DNA of 64,000 nt from the human T2T-CHM13v2.0 reference genome, Homo sapiens. Location: NCBI RefSeq assembly GCF_009914755.1, contig NC_060925.1; one strand, written 5' to 3'. Position 1 is the stretch's first letter. Every line of letters starts with the position of its first letter. Position numbers and translations under genes: made by a program. The notes under the pieces are model-generated. The model saw nothing but the letters and a program-made list of their open reading frames with translations, made no database searches and was not told where the DNA came from. Positions 24,645 through 37,877 of the stretch are shown in pieces.

Positions 24645-26033
24645 CTGGGGAGGGAAGGAAAGGGAGAGAGGGAGGAAGAGATTATTAAAGGAGGTAGGTT
24701 GAGGGCTTGCTCCTGTGTAGCCAACGTTTTTGGAGATGACTTACAGGTTTGTCCTTTTGTTAACAGAATTCACTCCACTCCCCCCTCAAAAAGACTTGCC
24801 TATGGAGTCACGAAACTTGAATTCAAATTCATATTCCGCCTTTTACTGGTTGTGTGATCTCGAACGAGTCTCCTAACCTCTCTGAGCCTTATCTCTCCAT
24901 AAATAGGTATAGTAAAATCTATTTCACAGAACTGTTATGAGGATGAAATAAGAGTGGATATAAAGAATTTAATGCACCTTCCGGTGTTCAGCACCTTAGT
25001 TTCTTCACGAGATTATTGCAGATATTGACTGGGCTAGTTCCTTATAATGGTGGGGGAAAGGATGTTTTTCTCATAGTGCTCCTTCTGCCTAGAAGTTTTC
25101 CCCTCAATTTTCTCTGCATATTGAAATCTTACTTTTCTTAAAGGACATTGTGTAAGTCCTCTTTTCTTCCTAATTATGGTAAGCCAGATTTGTGTGTGTG
25201 TGTGTGCGCTTTGGGTTTCCAATTCTGTGGTCATGCCTGTTTCAGACTTTATCAAGTCAGACTTATGTTAGTAAGATCTGGATATTGCATATTGTCATCT
25301 TCTTATATCTTCAGGACATAGCACAATGCTTGCCACATAGTAGAGAATAAGAAAATGCTGGTTGACCTTGATGTTTTCCCTACTAATAGGTAGGAAGCAA
25401 GAGTCCTGGTTCTGTTTGAAACCACTTGGTTCTCATGGCCCCAGTTTCTCCTACCTATAGAACCCAAATGATTTTGGAGGTCCTCTTTCTCACTATCACC
25501 TTTGTCTTTGCTTATGCAAAACCAATTTTGATTATTATAGGGTTTTTTTTTTTTGGAGTCTGCTATAATGCTTCCCCCTAGTGGTATATTGCAGTACTTC
25601 CTTGGACTGCACCCCAGCCTTTAGACCGGTGCTGTCCAGGAGAAATGTGAGTCACATATGTAATTTTAAATTTCCTAGTAGCCACATTAAAACAGTAAAA
25701 GGAAATGGGTGAAAGTAATTTTATATTACTAGTTTAATAGTTAATTTTATTTTTATTCTCATTTAGTTCTTCCCCATAAAAATAGATCTGAATGAATCTA
25801 AGTGACTGGAAGAGCTGGGTCTCACTTCTTTCTACAGGATCAATGCTGGGGCATTGACAAGTGTGTTTTTGTTAAAGGAACTAATGAGTTAATGAGCTAT
25901 ACTCATAGGTGGTATATTTCACAGTGGCCTAGAGACAAAGCCAAGGAGGGTGTCTAATAATGGACATTGCAGTGGGTTTCAGTGGATCTCTTAATTCTAG
26001 CCTAACTCTAGATCCTGGACAGTGGTCTCTTAC

Positions 26034-26256
26034 CTCTGCCTGTGCAGCCTGGTGTGGTGGTTGTAGCTGGGCGTCTGGGGCTTGAGCAGCCCCTCCAGAG
26101 CTGAGATTTTTGAGGCTGTAGTGGATGGCAGGAAGGTTCGGGGCTTGTCACCTGCTACTGAAGATGCTCTGGACACTCGAGGGCGGTGGGTGATTTGGGT
26201 GGTGGGGGAGGAGTGGTGAACTGGAGGGACCTTGCCCCTTTGAGCTGGTGTGGTAA
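26034..26256 (-). CDS. FCMR: Fc mu receptor, exon 4 (stalk)
   Basis: VTTPAQRGKVPPVHHSSPTTQITHRPRVSRASSVAGDKPRTFLPSTTASKISALEGLLKPQTPSYNHHTRLHRQ. Confidence 0.94.
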
Positions 26257-26984
26257 CTGCAGGAGGTAGCAGGAAAAAGGGATGTTCCTTTTATACACTC
26301 TATTCTCCAACAGGATTAGGTCACCACCTCTTTCCACAACATACCCTTCCCTTTTATACAGACTACTTCTGTTCTTGCAGTCCTCAGGGCCTAAAATCCT
26401 TTTTAACATGCTATCTAGGCCTACTCAATTCCAAGTATATTTGCTTCAAATACCATTTCTTCCAGGAAGCCTTCCCTGACTTCCCAGGTAGAAGAGCTTG
26501 CCCCCTCTGAGCAGGGGGAAAACCTTTTTTGTAGTTCTATTCCCAATCTGCCTTGTGCTGTATTTGCGTGCTAATCTATTCTCCCCCATTTCACACCTAT
26601 CAGTCACAACCTTGGCTACATGATCTGTTCAATTACACTATCCCTCTTGGCTCTCAGCAGGGTTACCTAGTGTAATAATGTTCAATTAATGTGTCTACCT
26701 CATAGGCATATGGGATAATATGATGGAAATATTGCATGTCAAAATGCATTTAAAACTGGATGATGATATCAAAATGTAAAGGTATCATTAGTATGAACAT
26801 CCTTAATCTTTTAGTTGCAAAATAGAGTTAAAATCATTAGATGCCAGCAGGTAGAAGACAGCCCTACGGGAAGCACGAGACATGATGATCTCCAGCTGGG
26901 AAATGTCTGCCCAGTCTTGGTTTCCGCAGTCATTCATAAAAAGAGCTAGATTTTGTGAGTGGAGCACAAACATCATTGCTTGTG

Positions 26985-27017
26985 GTGCCACCTGGTGGTA
27001 ATATGTAAGTTCTGCAG
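26985..27017 (-). promoter_or_regulatory. Candidate CTCF site
   Basis: Core CCACCAGGTGGCAC with TGCAG 13 nt upstream (upstream-motif spacing). Confidence 0.6.
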
Positions 27018-27232
27018 CTAGGACCAGGGGACCTGACTGTCGGACAGGCTTGAAGGATATGGACCGCAGATCTCAGGGAGGTATGTGCCCTCTCTAAAGG
27101 CAGGGAATACACACCTAAGACTCAGCTCAGCTCTGCCAGCCACTCTATGAACTGAACATAGACCCCCTCCTCCATTTTCACATTGCCACAGCATCTCACC
27201 CACCTCTCCTACCCTTGCTATGGTGAACTGAC

Positions 27233-27346
27233 CTCTGGTTACGAATTTGGAAGAACTGGCATATGCAGGCATCTGGAACAAATAGGGCAGATGAAACCAT
27301 TTTGGAGTCTCAGGCATTGGCTGCTCTTCCCATGATGGCTCGTATT
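27233..27346 (-). CDS. FCMR: Fc mu receptor, exon 3 (stalk)
   Basis: EYEPSWEEQPMPETPKWFHLPYLFQMPAYASSSKFVTR. Confidence 0.95.
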
Positions 27347-28062
27347 CTATTGGAAGGAAGAGGAATATGTTGGTGGTCTCTAGGGGGAGACTGAGGCTTG
27401 GGTGTAAACTGAAGCTAATTCAGCCAAAGTGGATGACAGTGAGGGGATGAGGGCAGGGTCCACTGAAAGAAGCAGAGAAGGAGCTGGGTTGGGGGCTTCC
27501 CTGGAGGAAATACTGGTTCCCCTAGTCCAGTCAACATTCCCTGCAAAACCAGCAGAGGTCATTGGGATTCTAGGCTGTTGAATTACTGCTGCATATGTGT
27601 GGGGAACTCAGTGGAGGAAAGGAGAAAGGCGGGGTTCCAGAGAAATAAAGGATCAGGTCACAGAGTAATAAGATTGGCCTATAAATGTGGCTGGATAAAT
27701 TAGTGTCTTTCCTTTATTTCTCATGGGACAATTACGTTGGATAGTTATTTCCTTTTGCTTCCAATTTCCTCCATCTCAGAGCCTCTCCTCAATCTCAAGC
27801 CTCTACTCCCCTCATGCCCTGGGTAGGATGAACAATACAAAGAGAGCACCTATCTTGTTCTTTTCATACATGTTGGGTAGAAAATTGTGTGGACCATGGA
27901 GGTAATTGACTATGAGGTTTCATATGGATCTCAATCATTATGTGGCTTATATGGCAACAGTGTAAGAGTCTAGGAGACTGTTACAGTTAGATGGCTGTTC
28001 CAATCTTCCCAGGTGAAACATTTTCTGGGTAGTCTGAGCCTCCAATCAGCGGAGGAACCTAC

Positions 28063-28398
28063 CACTGTGGACATTCAGGGTGACTTTCTGGGTCTTTCCC
28101 CGGTCTGTGTTCATGCCCGCTCCGCAGGCATAGACTCCGCTGTCACTTTCTGTCAGCTGTGTTACCTCCACTAGGAACAGATTCTTGCGTGGGTATTGCT
28201 TCAGAGTAACTCGGCCCTTGTATTCTGCCTTGATGAAGTTGGTGGTGGATACCACGGTACCACATGTTCCAGATCCAGCCATCTCCCGGCACAGATATAT
28301 CCTCACATGCATTTCAGGAAGTGGGCACTTGATGGTAACTGATCCGCCCAGCTCCCCCTCTACCTTTACTTCTGGGAGGATCCTCAGGGCCCCCGATA
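28063..28398 (-). CDS. FCMR: Fc mu receptor, exon 2 (V-type Ig domain)
   Basis: VSGALRILPEVKVEGELGGSVTIKCP...DSGVYACGAGMNTDRGKTQKVTLNVHS. Confidence 0.97.
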
Positions 28399-28552
28399 CT
28401 GCAGGGAGAGGAGATTAATGCAGAGGGAGCCCCATCTCTAACTATATCCCAGCCCCATCTACTTCCCAGCTCCAGCCGTCTCTCCAACCCTAGCCCAGGC
28501 CCCAGCCCAACCTCACATTCATCCCCAGATCCAGCCCTGTCCCAATTATTAG

Positions 28553-29119
<567 letters not shown>

Positions 29120-31931
29120 TAGCGTTACCTTAATTTAACCCCCAGCTTTGGCCTCACCACCAAACCCAAACCCATAAGGACCCAGACACTAAACCATTGA
29201 GATGATAATCAAAAGTATATCACTCACTCCAAAGAGACATAATATGCCTCAGGTGACCCCAAACAGCATAGAGCCCCCACGTGACCTCAGTGTGGTGCTG
29301 GGAGCATGGTGCGGTTATGTTGCAACAGGTTTTCCTTTCCAGTTTGGTTTCGCTCAGGCGCATCCATCTAGCCATTCATCCACAGCTCTATTTATTAAAT
29401 CATTCAACAAGCGTTTATTGAATGCCTTTCCTGTGACAGTAAAGCAGCCGGCATCCCTCCCTCAGTCACAGATCATTTAGTGAGTGATACCAATCAATGG
29501 CCAGTGAGCAGTGTAATACATCCCATGAGAGAGATCGCATGGGGTTCCCTGGAAGGAGCAAACCCGGGCGCCTGATGTAGGCTGTTGCAGGGGGTGGCGT
29601 GGTCGGAGGAGGGCTTTCTGGAATAAGTGACGTCTGAGTTGTGACCTGAAGGAATGGGTATGGAGTGCAACTGAGAGCGTGACGATGCTCATCATGGAGG
29701 CAGGGGACATAGGAGGGGAAGTGAGGGTGTGTGTGTATGTGTGCATAGGTGTGCACACACTGTATGTGTGCTGGGGAGGGATAAAAGATGTGGTTCATGA
29801 ATCCCTGACATCATAAAGCTTATGCTTTGAGTGACAGAGGTCAGGTCTAATGCACTTGAGCCAGCTACAGAAGAGGGTAAGGCCGTGTCTGACTAATTGC
29901 CAACTAAGCGGATCCCATAAGTGTCTGCATATTTCTGGGAAGAAAGTTCATAGGGTAAAGTTGTGTGTGTGTGGCGAGGTGGGGCTGGAAGCCTGAAGTG
30001 GGGAGAAGAGATTCTTCCAAATAGCCAGAACAGTCCCCTAACAGTCCGGGATATGAGAGAGAACATAGCATGTCCATGGGCGGAGAGACATTTGCAAACG
30101 TACTGAGATTTATCCACAGGGCACACTTTAAGAAGAGCACTATCGAGTTTAGTCAAACAAGAGTCAGGTATAGCTTAGGAAAGAGGTGGGGCTTGAGGCT
30201 TTGGGATAAAGACACTCTGGGCAAAGGGAAGAATTCTGACAACGGTAGAGAGGTAAAAACAATCATGGGAGGGGGAAAGGGGGTTGGGGCAGGTGGGGAG
30301 ATTTGGAGAGGGAGGACGTACAGGAGGACATTGAGATCTAAAAGTGTAGCTGATGTAAACATGGTAGGGACAGGCAGATGGACCAGCCAAAACCACGAGT
30401 TCTGACATGGAAACCCTCACATGAAAAACCCAGCACTGCTTTAAACCCACTGGAAATTGAGTCATGAGGTAGCCTCACAACTAGACATTGCAATGGAAAG
30501 GTGACCTGTCACAAAGTGTCAATCAACAGACAAAGACCCAATCAAAGGAAGGTCTGGAGGAATCACCCTGTGCATCCAGACAGCCCCCACCTGTGTGGGA
30601 AGTTGAATGCCGAGGGTGGGAGCACGTGGAAGTATTCAAATGAGACTAACCCAGCCAGGAAGGGGGTGTGAATGCCACTTTCCCAAGAGCAAGATGGTAC
30701 ACAACGGGCAGGGGGAAGATAGCAGAGATGGGGTCATCACCCATGTAGCAACCTCCAGCAGCCTCAGGCCTCCCAGGGTTGAGCTTTTGGTAAATCCCTG
30801 GCTTGCCTGTTCGGCTGCTTGTGCAGACCCTAGACGGATGAAGTGCAAGGAAAGCTGCTGGCTATGCTGAGCTCTGGTCCACAAGGAAGCAGTTGTTGGC
30901 GATGTGAAAATGACCAGTCCCCAGGAAAAAGAAACTAGTTCTCCTCAAGTTCATGGTAGCTTCTAACCTATTCCCAAGACTTAGTAAAGCAGATTTTGAA
31001 AACAGAGAAAAGACAGATATAAGCTACTGGTTTAGACATCTAAAGTAGCACAGTGTGCATGAGACTCATCTGAGGAGATTGGCTACGATGCAGATGATCT
31101 GGTCCCGTTCTTAGGAAAGGTGATTACATCTGTCTAGGGCATGGTCTAGAAATACGTGTTTTTAAACAGGTGTCCCAGGTGCTCTTGCATTTCTGCAATC
31201 CTGGGCTATATAACATTTACAAATGATTCTGGGGAAGAAAGGGAGGAATGAGAGAAGGCATCGAAAGGAACCAACCTGTTCAATAGTAATATTTCTGAGA
31301 GGCTGCTAAGTAAGTGACATTAATCTCTAAATTGGTGACTTGATTTTCAGTGGTTATGGTAGGGAAGAGGGGGATATGTGGCTTAAAGAATCACTCTCAA
31401 TATATAAACGGATGTAAATACATGATTGGAAAATGGGAAAAAATTTTCACCATACAAAATAAGATCAAGGTCCATAGGTCCTTGGTGGCTGGGGAGCTCT
31501 GGAGAGGGACTCTGGCACCCACTTAGGGGTGATTTTCCAGGTGGAAGTGCAGATGAGGACCTAGTCAACTCAAATAAGAGCAGATCTCAGGAAGAGGAGA
31601 GCTGGCCTGTGATTTTTATGTTTATCAAACGGGGCATGGATTTTTTTTTTGAAGGATGAGAAACATCCCGCTCAGCTTCTTATTTCCAGATATAGTAACC
31701 CGGGTGTGTCCAGGCCTGCAGCCTGTCACAAAGAATGAAGTGTCCACCTCCTTTCAAAGGCCAGCCCCTCCACCTGTATCCTGAGTCCATCATTCTCACC
31801 TGTTTTAGAACTTCTTGTCTGCAATGATCCTGTTTCTTTCTCTGGCTATTGGAGAAAAATGGCCTTCTCATCTAGCATTGCCATAGCTTACACACATGTC
31901 CTGCTATTGCCCATATTTTCTTCTCCTTCTG

Positions 31932-32208
31932 TTTTTAAGACAGGGTCTTTCTCTGTCACCCAGGCTGGGGTGCAGTGGTGCAATCTTGGCTCACTGCAGC
32001 CTCCACTTCCTGGGCTCAATTGAGGCTCCCACTTCAGCCTCCTGAATAGCTGAGATCACAGGCGCCTGCCACCATGTGTGGCGAATTTTTTTTTTTTTTT
32101 TAGAGATGGGCTTTCACCCAGGCTGGTCTTGAATCCCAGGCTCAAATGATCCACCCACCTCAGCCTCCCAAAGTGTTGGGATTACAGGCATGAGTCTCCA
32201 TGCCTGGC
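31932..32208 (-). mobile_element. Alu (old)
   Basis: Reverse-complement Alu dimer. Confidence 0.88.
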
Positions 32209-32940
32209 TTTGCCCATCTTTAGAAATCCCTCAGTTGACCTTTGCCTCCCCTTCACCTGCCAACACACCTCTTTATTCTCTTTCTCAAATCAGTCATCAA
32301 ATTCGCTAAATCAGATTCACTTCCATACCTCCCAATTTCTCTTCAATCCACTTCTATCAGAATTTCGTGTCCAGTATTCCACTGAAACTGCTCTTGTCAA
32401 GTCACTGAAATTCTCCTGTTGCCACATGTAATGGTCACCTCTTTGTCTTCATTTCCCCTCATCCTCTCAGCAGCGGTTGACAGAATGGAGCCAGCCCAGC
32501 TTGAAACACACCCTTGGTGTGGCTTCCTTAGTGCATACCCTCAACGGTGGCTCCCTGTCAGCCTGCATTCTTCCTCTCCTTCTCTCCTGCCTCTCCATCC
32601 TGGCTAGCCCAGGCCCTGTGCCTTGGACCTGTTCTTTTCTCTGTCCTCCCTCCCTCTCTCCCCTCACTCGCTCATTGACTCCCATGGCTTTTAAGGCTAA
32701 TGCTATAGATTCCACCAAAATGTGATCTCCAGTCTTCCTCTGAGCTCCAGACTTGCTCTGACATCTCCACGTGGACCCTACTTGAATGTGTAAGATATAT
32801 GCCAAACTTAGGACAGCTGAGAAAGAGCTGATTTCTCTTCCAAAACCTGACCTTCACACACTCTTCCGATGACCCCATCATCCACCCATCTGCTGAAGCC
32901 TAGAACTCATCTTCATGTTAAAGAATCAAGAATAAATTTT

Positions 32941-32942
<2 letters not shown>

Positions 32943-32976
<34 letters not shown>
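32943..32976 (+). repeat. (GT)17 microsatellite
   Basis: Seen directly. Confidence 0.95.
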
Positions 32977-32977
<1 letters not shown>

Positions 32978-33368
32978 TGTGCATGCTGGGTCCCAGCATC
33001 AAATGTATGTATGTATGTATGTATTATTATTATCATTAGTCAAGGTAAAAAGGTTTGAAAGCTCACACTGCATGACACTGCCTTGCTTTATTATAGAGCT
33101 CTACACAGGGCTCCAGGCAAAGTGGTCTACAGTTTGTGCCTCATGCGCTAGGCCCTAGGGAGACCCACTCCAGCATTTGCAGGACCTGGAGTAGGAGTAC
33201 AAATTAAAGCCCAAATACTATATATCTGAATATTTTTAAGTTATAAATCAAGCTAATAAACTGTTAAATAAAATTCGCTTTACTTCCCTAGCTTGACTAA
33301 TGCACCCTCCTTGGATGTCCACTCTACTCCGTGGCCATGCAGGGAAAACAACCCCAAGCTTCCTCTCA

Positions 33369-33894
<526 letters not shown>

Positions 33895-34407
33895 GTGGGA
33901 TTAGGTGTGGGCTTGGGGCGTGTGCCTCCCCCGGCCTGCAAAGTGCTCACCCTGTGGGCATGGGCATGACTGGAGAAGGGTGGAGCCCATAGCAGGATCC
34001 CTTGGCCCAGCTAGAATGAGGGTACTTCTCAGGACAGACTGAAGTGGTGCAATTTGAGGACCCTTCATGCCTTTAGGTCTTCCACTCCCCACCAAATCCT
34101 CTCTTCCTCCTCAGGCCTAAGTTTAGTTAACCAACCACCGTGCCCTCCTATGTCCTACTACCTCTCACAGTGTTTGATGTTTCACGTAAACTCCATTCCG
34201 TTGGACTTTTAGAGATTTTCAATCTTCAGCTTAACAAATATCTGAGTTTCTTTCATACTCAAGACATCACAAAGAAAGCAAACATAATAGGAAGCCACTT
34301 TAATCCACAAGGAACTTATCACTGAATAAACCAAATTAAGATGGACACACATTGAACATAATACAAGGCAGCCATTGGGCTCAGAAGAGGGGGCTCAGGA
34401 ATGTCTA

Positions 34408-34842
<435 letters not shown>

Positions 34843-35608
34843 TCAAGGAGGAGTCCTGTTGGCCGAAGGTTAGGAAAGTGTTGGGGAGTATGGTTGGCTC
34901 AGAGTATGAAAGGGGATACAGGGAGGAGTGTATATTGACTTCAGTAGGCAGTAGGAGTCATTAGAGGTTCTTGGGAGAGGTAATCCTGTGATTAGAAGTC
35001 AAGTTTAAGAAAATTAATCTGGCACTGCAGGCATCCTGAGTTAGAGGAAGTGGGAAAGATAGTTAAGAGGGGATTGTGTGTTCTTTTCCCGTCCATTTCC
35101 TCTGTTACCTTCCTAGTATCAATTGCTGCTGCTTCTTATCCCAGTAGACATGGATCTAGAAACTGCAATGATTTGGCCATTGACTGGATCAAGGTCTGAA
35201 TGAGGATACATGGGAAGAGGTGGTAATTAGCCATTCTGGCATTTTGTGGCTGATGATCAGCGATACTTCAGACAGGTGAAATAGCTGGTTTGGATGGTGA
35301 TCAATGAAGAATTGAGGTAAGGTTAGGCAGTTTACATTTCAAATCTTGGTGGAATATTGAAGCAGAGGTTGCCCAGGAGACAGTTGTAAGTTGAGATATG
35401 GAATTCAGGAAATAGATTAGAGCTACTGAATGGATTACGGAATTTTCATTTAGGGTTGAAAGTTGGAAATTCGGGACTGAAAAAGATCTATAGAAAGAGT
35501 GTAGAGGTAAGAAGAAAGAAGTACGGAGACACTTGCTTTAAGATCCCATATTAATAGGCTAATATGTTTAGGAGAGATGACACCTTCAGCTCTTAAGAGT
35601 TAACACCT

Positions 35609-35876
35609 GGCTGGGCACAGTGGCTCACACCTGTAATCCCAGCGCTTTGTGAAGCTGAGCCAGGAGGATCACTTAAGGCCACAAGTTCAAGACCATCCTG
35701 GGCAACACAGCAAGACTCCATCTCTACAAAAAAATTAAAAATTAGCTGGGCATGGTGGCATGCACTTGTAGTCCTAGCTACTAGAGAGTCTGGGGTGGTA
35801 GGATCACTCGAACCCAGGAGTACAAGACTGCAGTGAGCCATGATCACACCACTGCACTCCAGCCTGGGTGATAGAG
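35609..35876 (+). mobile_element. Tailless Alu
   Basis: Ends at ...GGGTGATAGAG with no poly(A); TSD AGAGTTAACACCT at 35596-35608 and 35873-35885. Confidence 0.88.
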
Positions 35877-36107
35877 TTAACACCTGACTGAAACAGGAGA
35901 GTGTCTGGAGTGGAGAAAGGAGCATTACCATGGAGTGAGGAAGGCATCCAACACCTCACATGGCCTCCATTCTTGTCCTGCCCTAGGTGTTGGTTCACAA
36001 CTGAATCCATCCAGAAACATCAGAGCTAGAGCTACCAGGCAATTATTCTACTTGTGGCCAATTCAAGCCTCATTCAGAGGTCTGAAGTGTTTCCCCACGG
36101 TACTTAC

Positions 36108-36144
36108 CTGGCAGGAAGTAAAGTGGCCAAAGCCAGAAGTCCAT
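36108..36144 (-). CDS. FCMR: Fc mu receptor, exon 1 coding part (signal peptide)
   Basis: MDFWLWPLYFLP; donor G|gtaagt; all 8 exons sum to 1173 nt = 390 aa + stop. Confidence 0.95.
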
Positions 36145-37877
36145 TGTCCCTTCTAGAGTGCAAGGTCCATCCAAGAGCCCCTAGAGAGGGGGATGGAGAC
36201 ACGCTGCTTACTCAGGAACCCTTCACAATCTGGAACTGGAAAGAGATTTCTAGCCCCCACGAGGAACAAAGCTTGACGATGAGGAAATGACAACCTCCCT
36301 TGTTTGCTAACTATTCTCAGGCTAAAAAGAGAGTGCTGACAAACCACAGCGGAAGTCAGGAGCTGAGAAAACATGTTGTGTGGAGTAAGAAAGGGTCACC
36401 CTGTTCAAAAGGCATCTAAGAAGTTCCTCCAGACTATTAGCAGTGACCAGGCCTGATATTCCTTTGTCTTGGTGCTTTTTCTTAGCAGGGCCTCCCGTGC
36501 TTTATGTATACTCATTGGCTTCCGTGCTGGGGTCATTTGCTTTCATTCTGCCTTCAGGATAAAAGAGCCTTATCACCAATTTTCCCTGCCTGAGAAAGGC
36601 TGTATGGGCAGACGCTTGGGCCTGAAGTCAGAAGATGCTGACTGTAGTCCTTACCAGTCACCAGTTAACTCACCTTTACAATAGTTTTTGAGCACCTACT
36701 ATGTGGGGGTACTAACTAAGGACTTTGAGCAATCCATTACTTTTCTCTGAGCCTGAATTTCTTCATCTAGGAAATAAACGAAGCTGGGACTAGATGATCC
36801 CTGCCATTCCCTCCTGCAGAACACAGTTCCTGAGGACTTCACATAGCTCCCCAGCACCTCAGCCAACCTTCACCCTTAATCTCCCCAAAGTGTCCCCACA
36901 AGGTGCTGCCCTGTGGCAAGGGCTCAGGCCTCTGTCCAGTGACCACCAAGGCAATGCCAGAACTGGGGTGTGACAGGTCATGCAGCCACTTTGCCTGAAG
37001 TCACAGCACCCTGGTAGAGCTCTCCTTCAGGACCCCAAGGGCCCAAGGGTAAGGCCCATGACTGATGGAGAGAGATGCTGAGGCCACAGGGCATCTTGGG
37101 AAGAGTTTTGGATGCAAGTCAGAAGACCTCAGGTCTTGTACTGGCTTGGCACTTTCTAGCTTTGGGCAAATTTCCCTGGGCCTCGGTTTTTTCCTTGATA
37201 AAGTAGGGATTGCCCCTACCCTGCCCACCTCACATGGCTTTTCTGAGGCCCAGCAGAACTCACAGGCATGGAAGTGCTTTAAGAAGCCTTCACTGTGAGC
37301 TGCGCAGGGGTATTACTTATGAGGGCATTCTCAGGGCTCTGTTCCTGGAAGTTTCATCCCTGGAGGTCAGTTCTCAGGGCCCCAACCCCAGGTGAAAGGA
37401 CCTCTTGTGCCCCTGGAGGATCCGGGCTATACTCACACTGTTTCTGGGGGGATGTGCCTGACAGACCCGGGCTCCACAGTGGTTGTGTCAGCCACTCCCT
37501 GCTCGCCCCCACACAGCAGATTTGTCACATGTTCTCTAAAACAACAACATCCGTGGTGGAAGTTGAATGTGAGGCTCAGAGCAGGTGCAGAGGAAGTGTG
37601 TGGGGGGGTGGGCAGCCTGCCCTGCCCCATCCCTATCTGAATCTCCCCTGGCCCGGAGCAGCTGTGGTTGTGATGTCCTCCAGCCCTGAAATGGGCCAAG
37701 ATGGCAGAGGGCAGCCTCGGGCCTCTCCTTAGTGCCAGAGCTCCCAGCTGGGATTAGCCCCACCCTTCCCTACTTAGCGGGCTCTTCCCAATGCCCCAGA
37801 GCTGTCACACAGCTGGGCTCCACCATGCACTGGGCTTGAGGCCTGGGGCTGTCTTGGAGAGACAGAGAAGGGGAATA

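Noticed and set aside
31108-31117. Isolated STAT6-type motif TTCTTAGGAA in FCMR intron 1
   Set aside because: Single short motif expected by chance in 64 kb; no supporting cluster
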